Source: Proteiniphilum sp. UBA4084
Lineage (GTDB): Bacteria; Bacteroidota; Bacteroidia; Bacteroidales; Dysgonomonadaceae
DNA: 61,846 nt
Direction: 5' to 3'
Assembly (NCBI GenBank): GCA_002383605.1
Contig: DFYK01000043.1
Span: forward strand, 33,727-95,572
Shown: in pieces, positions 43,201 to 53,223 of the stretch
Numbering within the stretch: position 1 is the first letter of the stretch
Layout of the letters: every line of letters starts with the position of its first letter
Notes under the pieces: model-generated
Databases searched by the model: none
Told to the model about the DNA's origin: nothing
Seen by the model: the letters and a program-made list of their open reading frames with translations, nothing else
Program-made: the position numbers and the translations under genes

Positions 43201-46200
43201 GGGTTGCCTGTGGATGGCGACACTGCTGCTGTGGGACTGTCGGTATGGGGAAAATATCCCAGGAGACAATCCACCGTCTATGGCTTCGACAACTCACTGG
43301 GAATGGCATCGCGCAAATTGCAGGATGTGGGACTGAACGGTCTGAGCAGTGAAGAGGAGAAAATATTTCCAACCTATTCGGTATATCTCGACGAGCTGAA
43401 GCCCCACCTTTCGGGAGAGACACTGTCGCGAATGCAAAGCGATGCGCATTCCCCGCTCAATGATCCGGCGGGCGACAGCTTCCGCCATTACCGCGGACAG
43501 GAACAGGACCGACAGCTATTGAGCATCCTCGACCGCTACAAATATTACAACGGCACCGAAGGCAACTCGCAATCACCTGAAGATAATGATCCCTATCACA
43601 GCGCCTCACGTACAACTCCCGACGTAGAAGATATCGACAACGATCATACCCTGAATGAAAATGAATCCTACTTCCAATACAAAGTATCCCTTCGTCCCGG
43701 AACCCTGGTGGTTGGTTCCAATTTCATCACGGATAAAAGGGAGGTGAGCCTGAAGTTGCGCAACGGAAACGACGGCAGCGTAACCTGGTATCAGTTCAGG
43801 ATACCGATACGTGAATATCAGACCCGCACGGGCAATATACAGGGATTTAATAACATCCGTTTTATGCGGATGTTTCTCACCGGCTTCGAAGAACCGGTGT
43901 TTCTACGTTTTGCCACCCTGGAACTGGTACGCAGCGAATGGAGGAGCTACCGTAATAGTCTCATTTCCGGCGGTGACCTCTCCGGTAGTGGTGACCTCGA
44001 GATGTCTGCCGTAAATATCGAAGAGAACGGAAGCAGGACACCGGTTAATTATCTGTTGCCCCCCGGTGTGACGCGCATACTGGACCCGGGGCAGCCTCAA
44101 CTGCGGCAGGAAAACGAGCAGTCACTCTCTCTCAAGATAACGCATCTTGATCCGGGCGACTCCCGGGCGGTGTATAAAAACAGTATGTACGACCTGCGTC
44201 GCTACAAACGCATGCAACTGTTTGTCCATGCAGAGCAGTTGCAGGATGATCCGGGCATGTTGCAGGATGGCGATCTATCCATCTTCCTGCGTCTGGGGTC
44301 GGACTACAGAAACAACTTCTACGAGTATGAGATTCCCCTTCGTCTCACACCCGAGGGACAATATAGTGCGCATACCCCTTCGGGACAGCAGGCGGTATGG
44401 CCGATAGAAAACATGTTCGACTTCCCGCTGGAACTGTTCACAAAACTGAAGCTCGATCGCAATGCCGATCAACATCCCGGAAACGGAATCGATTATTTCA
44501 CACCCTACACGCAGGCCGATCCCGGGAAGACGGATAACCGGGTTACCATCGTGGGTAATCCGTCACTGGCGGAGGTGAAGGTATTAATGATCGGCATCCG
44601 CAACAAAAGCCGGGAGGTAAAGTCGGGAGAGATATGGGTAAACGAAATGCGGCTGACTGAGTTTGATGAGGAAGGAGGCTGGGCTGCACAGGGCAATGTG
44701 GACCTGGCGCTCTCTGATTTGGGGACGATTCATTTTTCGGGACGAAAAGAAACCGCCGGCTTTGGAGCACTCGACCAGAGTTTGCTGGCACGTCGCAACG
44801 ATGATTATACCACGCTGCAGGTCACCATGAGTATGGAACTGGGGCGTTTTCTTCCAAAAAAAGCAAAAATATCTGCTCCCTTTCATTACGTCTGGTCCAA
44901 CGAAACGTCGGCTCCCCTCTATGATCCTTTCAATCAGGATATCCTGCTGAAAGAGACATTGAACAGGGCCGGTAATCAGTCTATCCGCGATTCCATAAAG
45001 AATGTGGCACTTACCGGCAGAAGCATCCGGAGTCTTGATCTCAACAACGTGAAGATCAACATGAAAAGCAAGAATCCCATGCCGTATGATCCGGCAAACT
45101 TCAGCTTCGGCTATACGAGGAATGAAGAAAAACACCATAGTCCCGACAAGGAATATGCTTCGGCGAAGGATTTTAGGTTGGAGGCTCAATATTCCTATAC
45201 CCCTTCGGTAAAGCCGTGGGAGCCATTTAAAACATTGGAAAGTTCTTCAGGCTGGTCAAGGCTGATCCGATCGCTGAATTTTAATTACCTGCCCAACAGC
45301 ATCCGGGTAAGCAGCATCATCTCGCGCCATTATCAGGAGATGCAGCTGAGAGACTTACAAACATGGGCAGAGGGACTCATGCAATCGAAAAAAAAATACC
45401 TTTCTTTTAGCAGCGATTTCTTCTGGAACAGGGATTTCTCATTCACCTGGGACCTGACTAAAAATCTGCACACTTCGTTCCGCTCCGGTACCATCGCGGA
45501 GATTGAGGAACCCTATCTGCAGGTCAATAAGGAGATTAATCGCAGCGATTATGAAATATGGAAAGATTCGGTTGTACAGAGTATTCGTGGACTGGGTAAG
45601 CCGTTCAGTTATGCCCAGACGGCCGACATTACTTATACCCTCCCCTTTGCACAGATACCCATCATGAATTGGATCAGCTCCAGTGCAGCCTACAATGCAG
45701 GGTACCGATGGGAACGCGGTGCAAGTATTGAAGGAGAGAATATGGGTAACTTCCTGCAGAATGATCTCTCATTCACCTTTCAGAGCCGGTTTAACCTGAA
45801 TGCCCTTTATAGCAAGATACCTTTCCTGCGTCAAGCAAACAATGGTTTTGGCGGCAGCGAAGAGATGACACACGGTGGTACACGGCAAAACGGCTTTACC
45901 GGTCATGATGTGACCCAATTGCTGTTTCGCGTCATGATGATGGTGCGTCAGGTAAATCTCAACATCGGCTATAAGACCAGGACCGACCTTCCCGGTTATA
46001 AACCGTCAATAGGCAATTTCTTCGGACAGCAACAAAGTGCAGACGATCTTCACCCGGGTGCGGGTTTTGCCTTTGGCCTGGAGGGGGGAGAGAAATTTGT
46101 CAGGGATGCCATGGCCCGTAACCAGCTGGTGATGGACAAAGACAATCTCAGGCCGGCTATTTTCAACCGGACACAGAACATCAGGATGGATGCTTCCATA

Positions 46201-47292
46201 GAACCGTTTCCGGGACTCAGTATATACCTCCATGCGTTGTATGAGGACAACCAACGAACGGAAATGCAATACATGCTTGAAGGAATGCCCCGGGTTCGCG
46301 GCGGAAGTTTTGCCATAAGCATACTTTCTCTCTCCTCCGCATTCGAACGGGCCGGAGCAGACAACCATTATTATTCTCCGGCTTTTGAACATTTTCAGAC
46401 ATACCGTGAAGAAGTAGCTGCACGGGTACGCAAACAATATGTAGCGACCCGCTATCCCTCAAGCGGATTTCTTGCCGGCAGCAGTATCAGCGGAGAACCA
46501 TTCAACCCTGCCGTGGGCGATGTACAACGGAATTCGGCAGATGTGCTCATCCCCTCTTTTCTGGCTGCCTACACCGGGAAAGATCCCGACAAGGTTGGTC
46601 TTGGTGCTTTTCCCGCACTCTCTTCCATGCTGCCAAACTGGAATATCTCATTCAACATGACGAAAGTTTTTCCCGGACTGCAATCGCTTTTCAGGTCGCT
46701 CACCCTCAATCATCAATATCTATCCCAATACAGGATAGGTTCGTTCTCATCCTTTCTAAGCTGGATTCCAGCAGGTGACGGAAGTGAAATGGGATTTATC
46801 CGCTACGCGGTTTCGGGAGCTCCACTGCCTTCATCTCCCTACGATATCTCAGCGGTGAGCATCGTGGAGAGCTTCAATCCGCTTATCGAGATGAACAGCG
46901 TTTTCAACAACGAATTGAGTCTAGGTTTGCGTTTCAACCGGACACGATCGGTAAATCTGAATATCTCATCGGTACAGATTGTGGAGGCGAAAGACAACGA
47001 CATGGTTGTGGAATTAGGTTACAGCATATCGAAAGATTTAAACATCCGGCTGGATGTTTCACATAAGATCACCCGGGCGTTAATCAGAAAAATTGAAACC
47101 GGATTCACCCAGGCCACCGATGGTCTTCAAACCACCTCTGTTCGTTTTGCAGCCGACCGTGCCATGAGCAAGGCCATGACGCTCCGTGTTTATTTTGATA
47201 AAATCATCAACAAACCACTTGTATCATCGGGCTCCTACGCGACGGCCGACACCAGTGCAGGCATAAGCCTACGATTCTATCTGAATCCATGA
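40234..47292 (+). CDS. sprA: Type IX secretion system translocon SprA (Sov)
   Basis: About 2340 aa directly after ruvA; IFGPGG, YDTQATFDF, YDENRHFFL, ITRMEVWVTN, NIEYIEFWLMDPF and GEIWVNEMRL motifs. First ATG is 40279; the start codon is uncertain (see findings). Confidence 0.92.
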   Translation: MKNVVHIFLLFLLFTMNGEYLLHAQISLSGIRTEVHYDHLSGLYIFENKIGNMVVGTSHSMTSREYMEYRLRRTQTDYFRKRNALHADSLQPSTTTFSLSGMRKRQDPLETIFGPGGVRLTTQGYLEISAGTNRNVTDNPTLPQRARKRTMFDFDQQIQLNVNAKVGDKIDFDINYDTQATFDFQSKQLKLAYQGNEDEIIQRIEAGNVSMNSSNSLIQAGVALFGIKSELQFGRLRINSLFSQQQSESQTINTRGGIQTTPYEFSVDQYDENRHFFLGYWFREKYDEALEKLPYIQSPVSITRMEVWVTNKRGDYAQARNIVAFADLGEGRHIHNSGWVPQGAAGVPHNNANTLYEQLTGIWAEARKSSETARIFPGSVIAGMDYEKLENARRLTSAEYSFQPQLGYLSLRMPLQPDEVLAVAYEFTYQGEVYQVGEFSSDMGDTAGDNTSEAGALFLKLLKPVSLSPRAYTWDLMMKNIYSIGQGAYNIQRDQFRLQITWQSDTAGVYLNYIPESIIGDELLLQLLHLDRLNSRNDPSPDGIFDFLEGYTVDSQNGQIIFPVVEPFGSYLHKKIGDETIAEKYVYQELYDSTLTMARQLPEKNKFRISGEYRGSSGSEINLNAMNVARGSVRVTAAGMALTEGVDYTVDYLAGTVNIINQAILAAGTPVSVTLESQQLSQIKRKTLMGLDMNYDFSKNFSLGATLMHYSEKPLTMKSAFGDESSKNTLWGTHLNYRKQSYMLTNLIDMLPFVEATAPSQLTANLAFAQMLPGHYKNKYTGGYSYLDDFESSTSAIDLRTPYAWSLAATPYNNTSSGLFPEASRTNHIDYGKNRAQLAWFYIDGIFTRRNSNLTPAHIKNDDDQLSDHRVREVYEREIFPNRDALYGQPATLPVLNISFYPDERGPYNLDTDVDGNGRLHDPSKRWGGITRRMETRDFEAANIEYIEFWLMDPFMNDTTGTSRGGDLYFNLGEISEDVLKDGKKFFENGLPVDGDTAAVGLSVWGKYPRRQSTVYGFDNSLGMASRKLQDVGLNGLSSEEEKIFPTYSVYLDELKPHLSGETLSRMQSDAHSPLNDPAGDSFRHYRGQEQDRQLLSILDRYKYYNGTEGNSQSPEDNDPYHSASRTTPDVEDIDNDHTLNENESYFQYKVSLRPGTLVVGSNFITDKREVSLKLRNGNDGSVTWYQFRIPIREYQTRTGNIQGFNNIRFMRMFLTGFEEPVFLRFATLELVRSEWRSYRNSLISGGDLSGSGDLEMSAVNIEENGSRTPVNYLLPPGVTRILDPGQPQLRQENEQSLSLKITHLDPGDSRAVYKNSMYDLRRYKRMQLFVHAEQLQDDPGMLQDGDLSIFLRLGSDYRNNFYEYEIPLRLTPEGQYSAHTPSGQQAVWPIENMFDFPLELFTKLKLDRNADQHPGNGIDYFTPYTQADPGKTDNRVTIVGNPSLAEVKVLMIGIRNKSREVKSGEIWVNEMRLTEFDEEGGWAAQGNVDLALSDLGTIHFSGRKETAGFGALDQSLLARRNDDYTTLQVTMSMELGRFLPKKAKISAPFHYVWSNETSAPLYDPFNQDILLKETLNRAGNQSIRDSIKNVALTGRSIRSLDLNNVKINMKSKNPMPYDPANFSFGYTRNEEKHHSPDKEYASAKDFRLEAQYSYTPSVKPWEPFKTLESSSGWSRLIRSLNFNYLPNSIRVSSIISRHYQEMQLRDLQTWAEGLMQSKKKYLSFSSDFFWNRDFSFTWDLTKNLHTSFRSGTIAEIEEPYLQVNKEINRSDYEIWKDSVVQSIRGLGKPFSYAQTADITYTLPFAQIPIMNWISSSAAYNAGYRWERGASIEGENMGNFLQNDLSFTFQSRFNLNALYSKIPFLRQANNGFGGSEEMTHGGTRQNGFTGHDVTQLLFRVMMMVRQVNLNIGYKTRTDLPGYKPSIGNFFGQQQSADDLHPGAGFAFGLEGGEKFVRDAMARNQLVMDKDNLRPAIFNRTQNIRMDASIEPFPGLSIYLHALYEDNQRTEMQYMLEGMPRVRGGSFAISILSLSSAFERAGADNHYYSPAFEHFQTYREEVAARVRKQYVATRYPSSGFLAGSSISGEPFNPAVGDVQRNSADVLIPSFLAAYTGKDPDKVGLGAFPALSSMLPNWNISFNMTKVFPGLQSLFRSLTLNHQYLSQYRIGSFSSFLSWIPAGDGSEMGFIRYAVSGAPLPSSPYDISAVSIVESFNPLIEMNSVFNNELSLGLRFNRTRSVNLNISSVQIVEAKDNDMVVELGYSISKDLNIRLDVSHKITRALIRKIETGFTQATDGLQTTSVRFAADRAMSKAMTLRVYFDKIINKPLVSSGSYATADTSAGISLRFYLNP

Positions 47293-47541
47293 AAATAGAA
47301 ACAGAATCATTCTTTTGCCAGAAAAATCATTCCCGGAGATAGGGCTTTATTCTAAATAATACCTAAATATTCGAGATAAATGGGAGTTTTTGCTTAATTT
47401 TTGTTTAGCAAATTGATTTTTTACGCTTTTTTTTAATTTTAAGAGGATATGTTAAACAAAAAAGTCGTTTATTTGTTAAATTAAAAGCGACAAGACGATC
47501 TTTGAAATATAAAATTGTCACTTAATAAGGAGTAAGTAAAG

Positions 47542-49101
47542 ATGAAAAAATCGACAATTTGGTTGCTTGCCCTGGTGATGTTATCCGCGTTTCTTGCACT
47601 GTTGTTCCTGCAGGTCAGGTACATGCGCACGAGCATGGCTATCCGCTCACAACAATTCGATGAACAGGTAACAAGGAGTCTCTACAACGTGATGAAAGAT
47701 CTCGAGCAGGATCAGACCCGTGATTATCTCGAGCAGGACATGATTGAGTCGGAGAACAGATACTCACAGTACAACCAACCACAGGGAACACAACAAATTA
47801 CACGGGAGCGGACATCCGCTGCCATTACGAATCCCGATGGAAGTGAAACAAGAATTGCATTGGATATCACACGGCAGTCCACACGTCCGCAGGAGCAACC
47901 CGAACGGGTATTCCTGTCTCCCAATCAGGGTGCCAGTACGATCTCAAAAACGCAGTACGATATGCAGCAGTCCCTGTCGAAACGATACCTGCATGAACGG
48001 TCGTTGCTGGACGAGGTTATTTTTAAAATACTGAACCGCGCAAGCAATGAACCGATCGAAGAACGGATCGATTTCAACAAGGTAGAGCAATATATTCGTT
48101 ATGAGCTCTCCTACAATGGACTGAATGAACCGTTCAGTTTTCAGATCGTGGATTTCAACAACAAGGTGGTTTATTCATCACCCGGCTTCTCAACAAAGTA
48201 TCGGGATGCGATTTACAACCAGATTCTGTTTCCAAATGATCCGCCGGCAAAGTTAAACAGGTTAAGGGCTTATTTCCCGACAAAAAGGAATTATGTATAC
48301 AGCGAACTTTCCTTTTTCATACCGTCGCTGATATTTACGTTTATCCTGCTGATAACGTTTATATTTACGGTGGTTTCGCTGTTCAGACAAAAGCGTTTGT
48401 CTGAGATGAAGAATGATTTCATTAACAACATGACACACGAGCTGAAGACCCCTGTTTCCACCATCTCGCTCGCATCCCAGATGCTTAAGGATGAGTCTAT
48501 ATTGAAGTCGCCCGAGGTATTTAAACATGTCACCGGTGTGATACATGATGAGACCAAACGATTGAGTTTTCAGGTTGAAAAAGTTTTGCAGATGTCGCTC
48601 TTCGACAAGCAGAAGACCACACTGAAGATGAAAGAGATGGATGTGAACGACCTGGTGGTCAGCGTTGCCAACACACATATACTCAAAGTTGAAAAACTGG
48701 GTGGAACACTCGATATTGATTTGCAGGCCGAGCATACCACGATCAAGGTAGATGAAATGCATTTCACCAATGTACTTTTCAACATCCTCGACAATGCATT
48801 GAAATATCGGAAAAAGGATGTAGCGCCTGAATTAATGATCCGGACCCGGAATGAAGGCAGTAAGATCATCATTTCCATTGAGGATAACGGCATCGGCATG
48901 AAAAAGGAAGATGCAAAGAAAGTATTTGAACGGTTCTACCGTGTACCTACCGGAAACCGGCATGATGTAAAAGGGTTCGGACTGGGACTGGCATACGTAA
49001 AGAAAATCGTAACTGATGTGAATGGCACCATTCGTGCTGAAAGTGAATTAGGTAAAGGAACAAAATTTATAATTAGTTTACCCGTAATAACACAAAAATG
49101 A
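47542..49101 (+). CDS. rprX: Sensor histidine kinase RprX
   Basis: Two TM segments; FINNMTHELKTP H-box; NILDNALKY, DNGIG, FERFYRV and GFGLGL motifs. Confidence 0.88.
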   Translation: MKKSTIWLLALVMLSAFLALLFLQVRYMRTSMAIRSQQFDEQVTRSLYNVMKDLEQDQTRDYLEQDMIESENRYSQYNQPQGTQQITRERTSAAITNPDGSETRIALDITRQSTRPQEQPERVFLSPNQGASTISKTQYDMQQSLSKRYLHERSLLDEVIFKILNRASNEPIEERIDFNKVEQYIRYELSYNGLNEPFSFQIVDFNNKVVYSSPGFSTKYRDAIYNQILFPNDPPAKLNRLRAYFPTKRNYVYSELSFFIPSLIFTFILLITFIFTVVSLFRQKRLSEMKNDFINNMTHELKTPVSTISLASQMLKDESILKSPEVFKHVTGVIHDETKRLSFQVEKVLQMSLFDKQKTTLKMKEMDVNDLVVSVANTHILKVEKLGGTLDIDLQAEHTTIKVDEMHFTNVLFNILDNALKYRKKDVAPELMIRTRNEGSKIIISIEDNGIGMKKEDAKKVFERFYRVPTGNRHDVKGFGLGLAYVKKIVTDVNGTIRAESELGKGTKFIISLPVITQK

Positions 49102-49102
49102 T

Positions 49103-49816
49103 ATGGAAGAGAAATTGAAAATTTTTTTATGCGAAGATGATGAGAATCTTGGCATGTTGCTGAGAGAATACCTCCAGGCAAAAGGATTTGACACCGATCT
49201 GTTTCCCGATGGAGAAGCCGGTTTCAAAGGATTTGTGAAGACAAAATATGACCTGTGCATCGTGGATGTGATGATGCCCAAGAAGGACGGCGTAACGCTG
49301 GTGAAAGAGATCAGAACCATCAATACGGAAATACCGGTGATTTTCCTGACAGCCAAAAACATGAAGGAGGATGTACTGGAAGGTTTCAAAGCCGGAGCCG
49401 ACGACTACATCACCAAACCTTTCAGCATGGAAGAACTGGTACTGCGTATTGAAGCCATCATCCGTCGCGTGAAAGGCAAAAAGAGCAAGGAACAGCAGGT
49501 GTATAATTTTAGCACCATGACCTTCGACACCCAAAAGCAGATTCTGATAATCGGTGATACGCAAACAAAGCTTACCACCAAGGAATCGGAACTGTTGTCG
49601 CTCCTTTGCGCTCATGCCAACGACATCCTGGAACGCAACCACGCCCTGAAACAGATCTGGGAAGAAGATACCTATTTCAATGCACGCAGCATGGATGTCT
49701 ATATCACAAAACTGCGCAAATTATTGAAACCGGAACCCAACATCGAGATCATCAACATCCACGGAAAGGGATATAAACTGATTGTACCCACCGAAGAGGA
49801 GAATGCCGAAAAATAA
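49103..49816 (+). CDS. rprY: OmpR-family response regulator RprY
   Basis: LCEDDENLG, DVMMPKKDG, GADDYITKPF and YFNARSMDVYITKLRK motifs. Confidence 0.92.
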   Translation: MEEKLKIFLCEDDENLGMLLREYLQAKGFDTDLFPDGEAGFKGFVKTKYDLCIVDVMMPKKDGVTLVKEIRTINTEIPVIFLTAKNMKEDVLEGFKAGADDYITKPFSMEELVLRIEAIIRRVKGKKSKEQQVYNFSTMTFDTQKQILIIGDTQTKLTTKESELLSLLCAHANDILERNHALKQIWEEDTYFNARSMDVYITKLRKLLKPEPNIEIINIHGKGYKLIVPTEEENAEK

Positions 49817-49841
49817 GATAAGGTATATCAACTTTCTTAGG

Positions 49842-49871
49842 AAGCCGCCCCGTAAAGAGGCGGCTTTTTTT
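49842..49871 (+). terminator. Rho-independent terminator after rprY
   Basis: AAGCCGCC-N9-GGCGGCTT followed by a T run. Confidence 0.85.
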
Positions 49872-49979
49872 ATTGATGGTAAATAACATCATTGTGTTTT
49901 TTTTTGGTAACAAATTTGTAACATTAAATTTAATCTGTTACTTTTGCCATGAAAGATGTTTCACGTATAAAAGAACCCG

Positions 49980-50708
49980 GTGATGAAAAATAGTAAAAGA
50001 AACATGGCGAAGTCGCTCAGGCTTATCGCTACAGATCGGCAAAGAACAAACGCACTACGCGTGTGGGAACAGAAAACAATTGCTTATCTGGTCCAGAAAG
50101 TGCCTGCGTGGATAAGTTCGGATGGCCTCACAGCCATTGGCTTTTTTGGTAACCTGATGGTGGCGTCCAGTTTTGTGATGGGAGCTTACCTCAATCGCTA
50201 CTGGCTTTTGCTGTCGTTGCTTGGGTTCGCTATCAACTGGTTGGGCGACTCGCTCGACGGTCGCCTGGCCTACTACCGGAATAAGCCCCGCAAGTGGTAC
50301 GGTTTTTCACTCGATGTAACGGTAGACTGGATAGGAACCATCCTCATCGGACTGGGATTTTCCATTTTTGTCCCGGACGTCTGGAAATATGTAGGATTCA
50401 TGTTCGTGGTGCTTTACGGGTGGGAGATGATCACCGCCCAACTGCGTTATAAGATTGGGGGACAGTACTCCATCGACTCGGGCATTTTTGGTCCTACCGA
50501 AGTACGCCTGCTATTAGGCACCATCATTACTTTTGAGGTATTCGTGCCGGGCTCCATCCAATTTCTAGCCACTGCAGCCAGTTTTTTCCTGCTGATATCC
50601 AACATCGTTGAAGGAAAACGATTGCTACTTCTGGCCGACGAACAGGATAAGGCTGATCGCCTGGCGAAGGAAGTAGAGCGTGAGGCCCTGCGCAAGGAAA
50701 ATGCCTGA
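49980..50708 (+). CDS. CDP-alcohol phosphatidyltransferase family protein
   Basis: GDSLDGRLAYYR...YGFSLDVTVD signature; multiple TM segments; TACTTTTG promoter at 49939-49946. Confidence 0.88.
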   Translation: MMKNSKRNMAKSLRLIATDRQRTNALRVWEQKTIAYLVQKVPAWISSDGLTAIGFFGNLMVASSFVMGAYLNRYWLLLSLLGFAINWLGDSLDGRLAYYRNKPRKWYGFSLDVTVDWIGTILIGLGFSIFVPDVWKYVGFMFVVLYGWEMITAQLRYKIGGQYSIDSGIFGPTEVRLLLGTIITFEVFVPGSIQFLATAASFFLLISNIVEGKRLLLLADEQDKADRLAKEVEREALRKENA

Positions 50709-50809
50709 GTTGTTCCCGAACGTTTCATTGGATTCTACCTGCTGAAGTTTCACCGCCAAAATATGCCTGTTTAAGCCAAAAAAAACTACCTTTGTGCAAA
50801 ACAAAAAAA

Positions 50810-51682
50810 ATGGCACTATCCATGACGGGATACGGCAAGGCGGTAGCCGAACTCCCCAATAAAAAAGTTACAATAGAGATAAAATCGCTGAACAGCAAGC
50901 AATTTGATCTGTTCACCCGCCTCCCTGTCATTTACCGAGAAAAGGAGATCGCCCTGCGTAATACACTGGCTAACCGGCTGGAACGCGGCAAGGTGGATCT
51001 CTCTATGAATGTGGAGGTAATTTCCAAAGATATATCTTCCAGGATCGATCACCAGATTGTGGGTCAGTATCATCGGGAAATAAGTGATATGGCAATCGAA
51101 TTGAATATTTCTCAGCCGGAGGAGTGGTTCTCGTTGTTGCTTCGTCTGCCTGATGTCATGAAACAGGAGACGGAAGCATTGGGTGAAGAAGAATGGAGCA
51201 CCATTGAAACCGCAATCAACCATGCCGTGGATGAAGTAATCTCCTTCCGCAAACAGGAGGGAAAGATGCTGACCAGGGTGTTGGCAGAGAAGATCCAGCT
51301 GATCCGCTCTTTACTGGCAGAAGTGGAACCTTTTGAGTCTGAGCGCATGGAGAAGATCAAAAATCGTATTTATGATGGGTTGAATAACCTGGAGGGAATA
51401 GAATATGATAAAAATCGTTTCGAGCAGGAAATGATCTATTATATTGAGAAACTCGACGTGAACGAGGAGAAGACCCGTCTTGCACATCATCTCGATTACT
51501 TTTCCGAAACACTTTCCGACAGCCGTTCCCAGGGAAAAAAGCTGGGCTTTATTGCTCAGGAGATCGGGCGTGAGATCAATACACTCGGCTCAAAATCAAA
51601 CCAGTCGGGGATGCAGCGCCTTGTGGTGCAGATGAAAGATGAACTGGAACAGATCAAGGAACAGATATTAAATATATTGTAG
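50810..51682 (+). CDS. yicC: YicC/YloC family endoribonuclease
   Basis: SMTGYG, EIKSLNSK, RGKVD, GKKLGFIAQEIGREINTLGSK and ELEQIKEQ motifs. Confidence 0.93.
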   Translation: MALSMTGYGKAVAELPNKKVTIEIKSLNSKQFDLFTRLPVIYREKEIALRNTLANRLERGKVDLSMNVEVISKDISSRIDHQIVGQYHREISDMAIELNISQPEEWFSLLLRLPDVMKQETEALGEEEWSTIETAINHAVDEVISFRKQEGKMLTRVLAEKIQLIRSLLAEVEPFESERMEKIKNRIYDGLNNLEGIEYDKNRFEQEMIYYIEKLDVNEEKTRLAHHLDYFSETLSDSRSQGKKLGFIAQEIGREINTLGSKSNQSGMQRLVVQMKDELEQIKEQILNIL

Positions 51683-51731
51683 CAACAGTGACCGCATACA
51701 AACCGGTATGTTGCCCGAACACATATAGGCA

Positions 51732-52295
51732 ATGGCAAAACTAATCATATTTTCAGCTCCGTCAGGTGCGGGCAAATCCACGCTCGTCAGGTACCTGCTG
51801 GCTCAGGGATTAAATCTTCAGTTTTCCATTTCGGCCACCAGCCGCCTCCCCCGGGGTGAAGAGAAGAACGGTGTGGAATATCATTTTCTCTCACCCGATG
51901 AATTTCGGAAACGAATTGCCAACGATGAATTTCTCGAATTTGAAGAGGTCTACACCGACAAGTTCTATGGTACGCTCAAAAGCGAAGTAGACCGCATTCT
52001 GGGAGAAGGCAAAAATGTGGTCTTTGATGTGGATTGCATCGGCGGGTTAAATATTAAAAAGATCTATGGCGAGCAGGCACTGAGCATCTTCGTGATGCCT
52101 CCTTCGGTAGAGGTTTTGCGTGAGCGGCTTGAAAAGCGAGGTACTGATACGCCGCAGGTGATTGAAAACCGACTGGCAAAGGCCGAATATGAAATGAGTT
52201 TTGCATCGCAGTTCGATGTGGTCGTATGCAACGACGACTTCGACCGGGCAAAAGATGAAATACTGACACTGGTGTCCGATTTTATTCAACAGTAA
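51732..52295 (+). CDS. gmk: Guanylate kinase
   Basis: SAPSGAGKST, SISATSRLPRGEE and FYGTLKSE motifs. Confidence 0.96.
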   Translation: MAKLIIFSAPSGAGKSTLVRYLLAQGLNLQFSISATSRLPRGEEKNGVEYHFLSPDEFRKRIANDEFLEFEEVYTDKFYGTLKSEVDRILGEGKNVVFDVDCIGGLNIKKIYGEQALSIFVMPPSVEVLRERLEKRGTDTPQVIENRLAKAEYEMSFASQFDVVVCNDDFDRAKDEILTLVSDFIQQ

Positions 52296-52298
52296 GCG

Positions 52299-53222
52299 AT
52301 GTTACACAAAGCGGTTATCCTTTTTTTTACGGCACTGCTCTCCTCCGTTACGTTGCCGGCCGGAACACTGCTGAAAGAGACACGTGTCTTTGCAGAGATG
52401 GAAGGAACCACGTTGAAACTCGACATATACAAAACCGACTCTGCAACCATCCTCCCTCAACCCTGTCTGGTGTTTGTGTTTGGCGGTGGATTCAAGGAAG
52501 GAACGCGTGATGCCAGGCACTACCAGCCATATTTTCATTATTTTGCCACAAAGGGATATACCGTGGTCTCTATCGATTACCGCCTTGGTATGAAAGGAAA
52601 GGAAGCGCCCGGCATCCTGAACCACAAACCGCTGCAACAGGCAATAGAAATGGCAGTGGCTGATCTCTATATCGCTACAAACTACCTGCTGGAACATGCC
52701 GATGATTTGAATATAGACCCCTCGCTCATTATCCTCAGCGGATCGAGCGCGGGTGCCATCACGGTGTTGCAGGCTGACTATATGGAACGAGACAACCATC
52801 CTGCGGCCAGCGTGCTGCCGGATGATTTCCGGTATGCCGGTGTCATATCTTTTGCAGGCGGCATCTTCAGCGAAGAGGGATTGCCCTCTTACACGCAACG
52901 GCCTGCGCCCACCCTATTTTTTCATGGGAGTGCCGACAAGCTGGTACCTTACAACAATACCCGTCTCTTCAAACTGGGCATGTTCGGATCCAAATCACTC
53001 ACCAAACGATTCAGGAATGAGCGATATCCCTATATTTTTTATATCATGGAAGACATAGGCCACGAAGTGTCGGAATACCCCATGAGAGAGTTTTTGCCTG
53101 AGATAGAACAATTTATCACCGACTTCGTATTCTATCGCAAACAATGGATGCAGGAGATTCGTATTAAAGATATGCTCCGTTCATCGGAACCATCCAACAC
53201 GCCAGCAAACTATTACAACTGA
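52299..53222 (+). CDS. Exported alpha/beta hydrolase (carboxylesterase-like)
   Basis: FGGGF oxyanion motif, SIDYRLG, GSSAG nucleophile, FHGSADKLVP, GH. Confidence 0.88.
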   Translation: MLHKAVILFFTALLSSVTLPAGTLLKETRVFAEMEGTTLKLDIYKTDSATILPQPCLVFVFGGGFKEGTRDARHYQPYFHYFATKGYTVVSIDYRLGMKGKEAPGILNHKPLQQAIEMAVADLYIATNYLLEHADDLNIDPSLIILSGSSAGAITVLQADYMERDNHPAASVLPDDFRYAGVISFAGGIFSEEGLPSYTQRPAPTLFFHGSADKLVPYNNTRLFKLGMFGSKSLTKRFRNERYPYIFYIMEDIGHEVSEYPMREFLPEIEQFITDFVFYRKQWMQEIRIKDMLRSSEPSNTPANYYN

Positions 53223-53223
53223 T

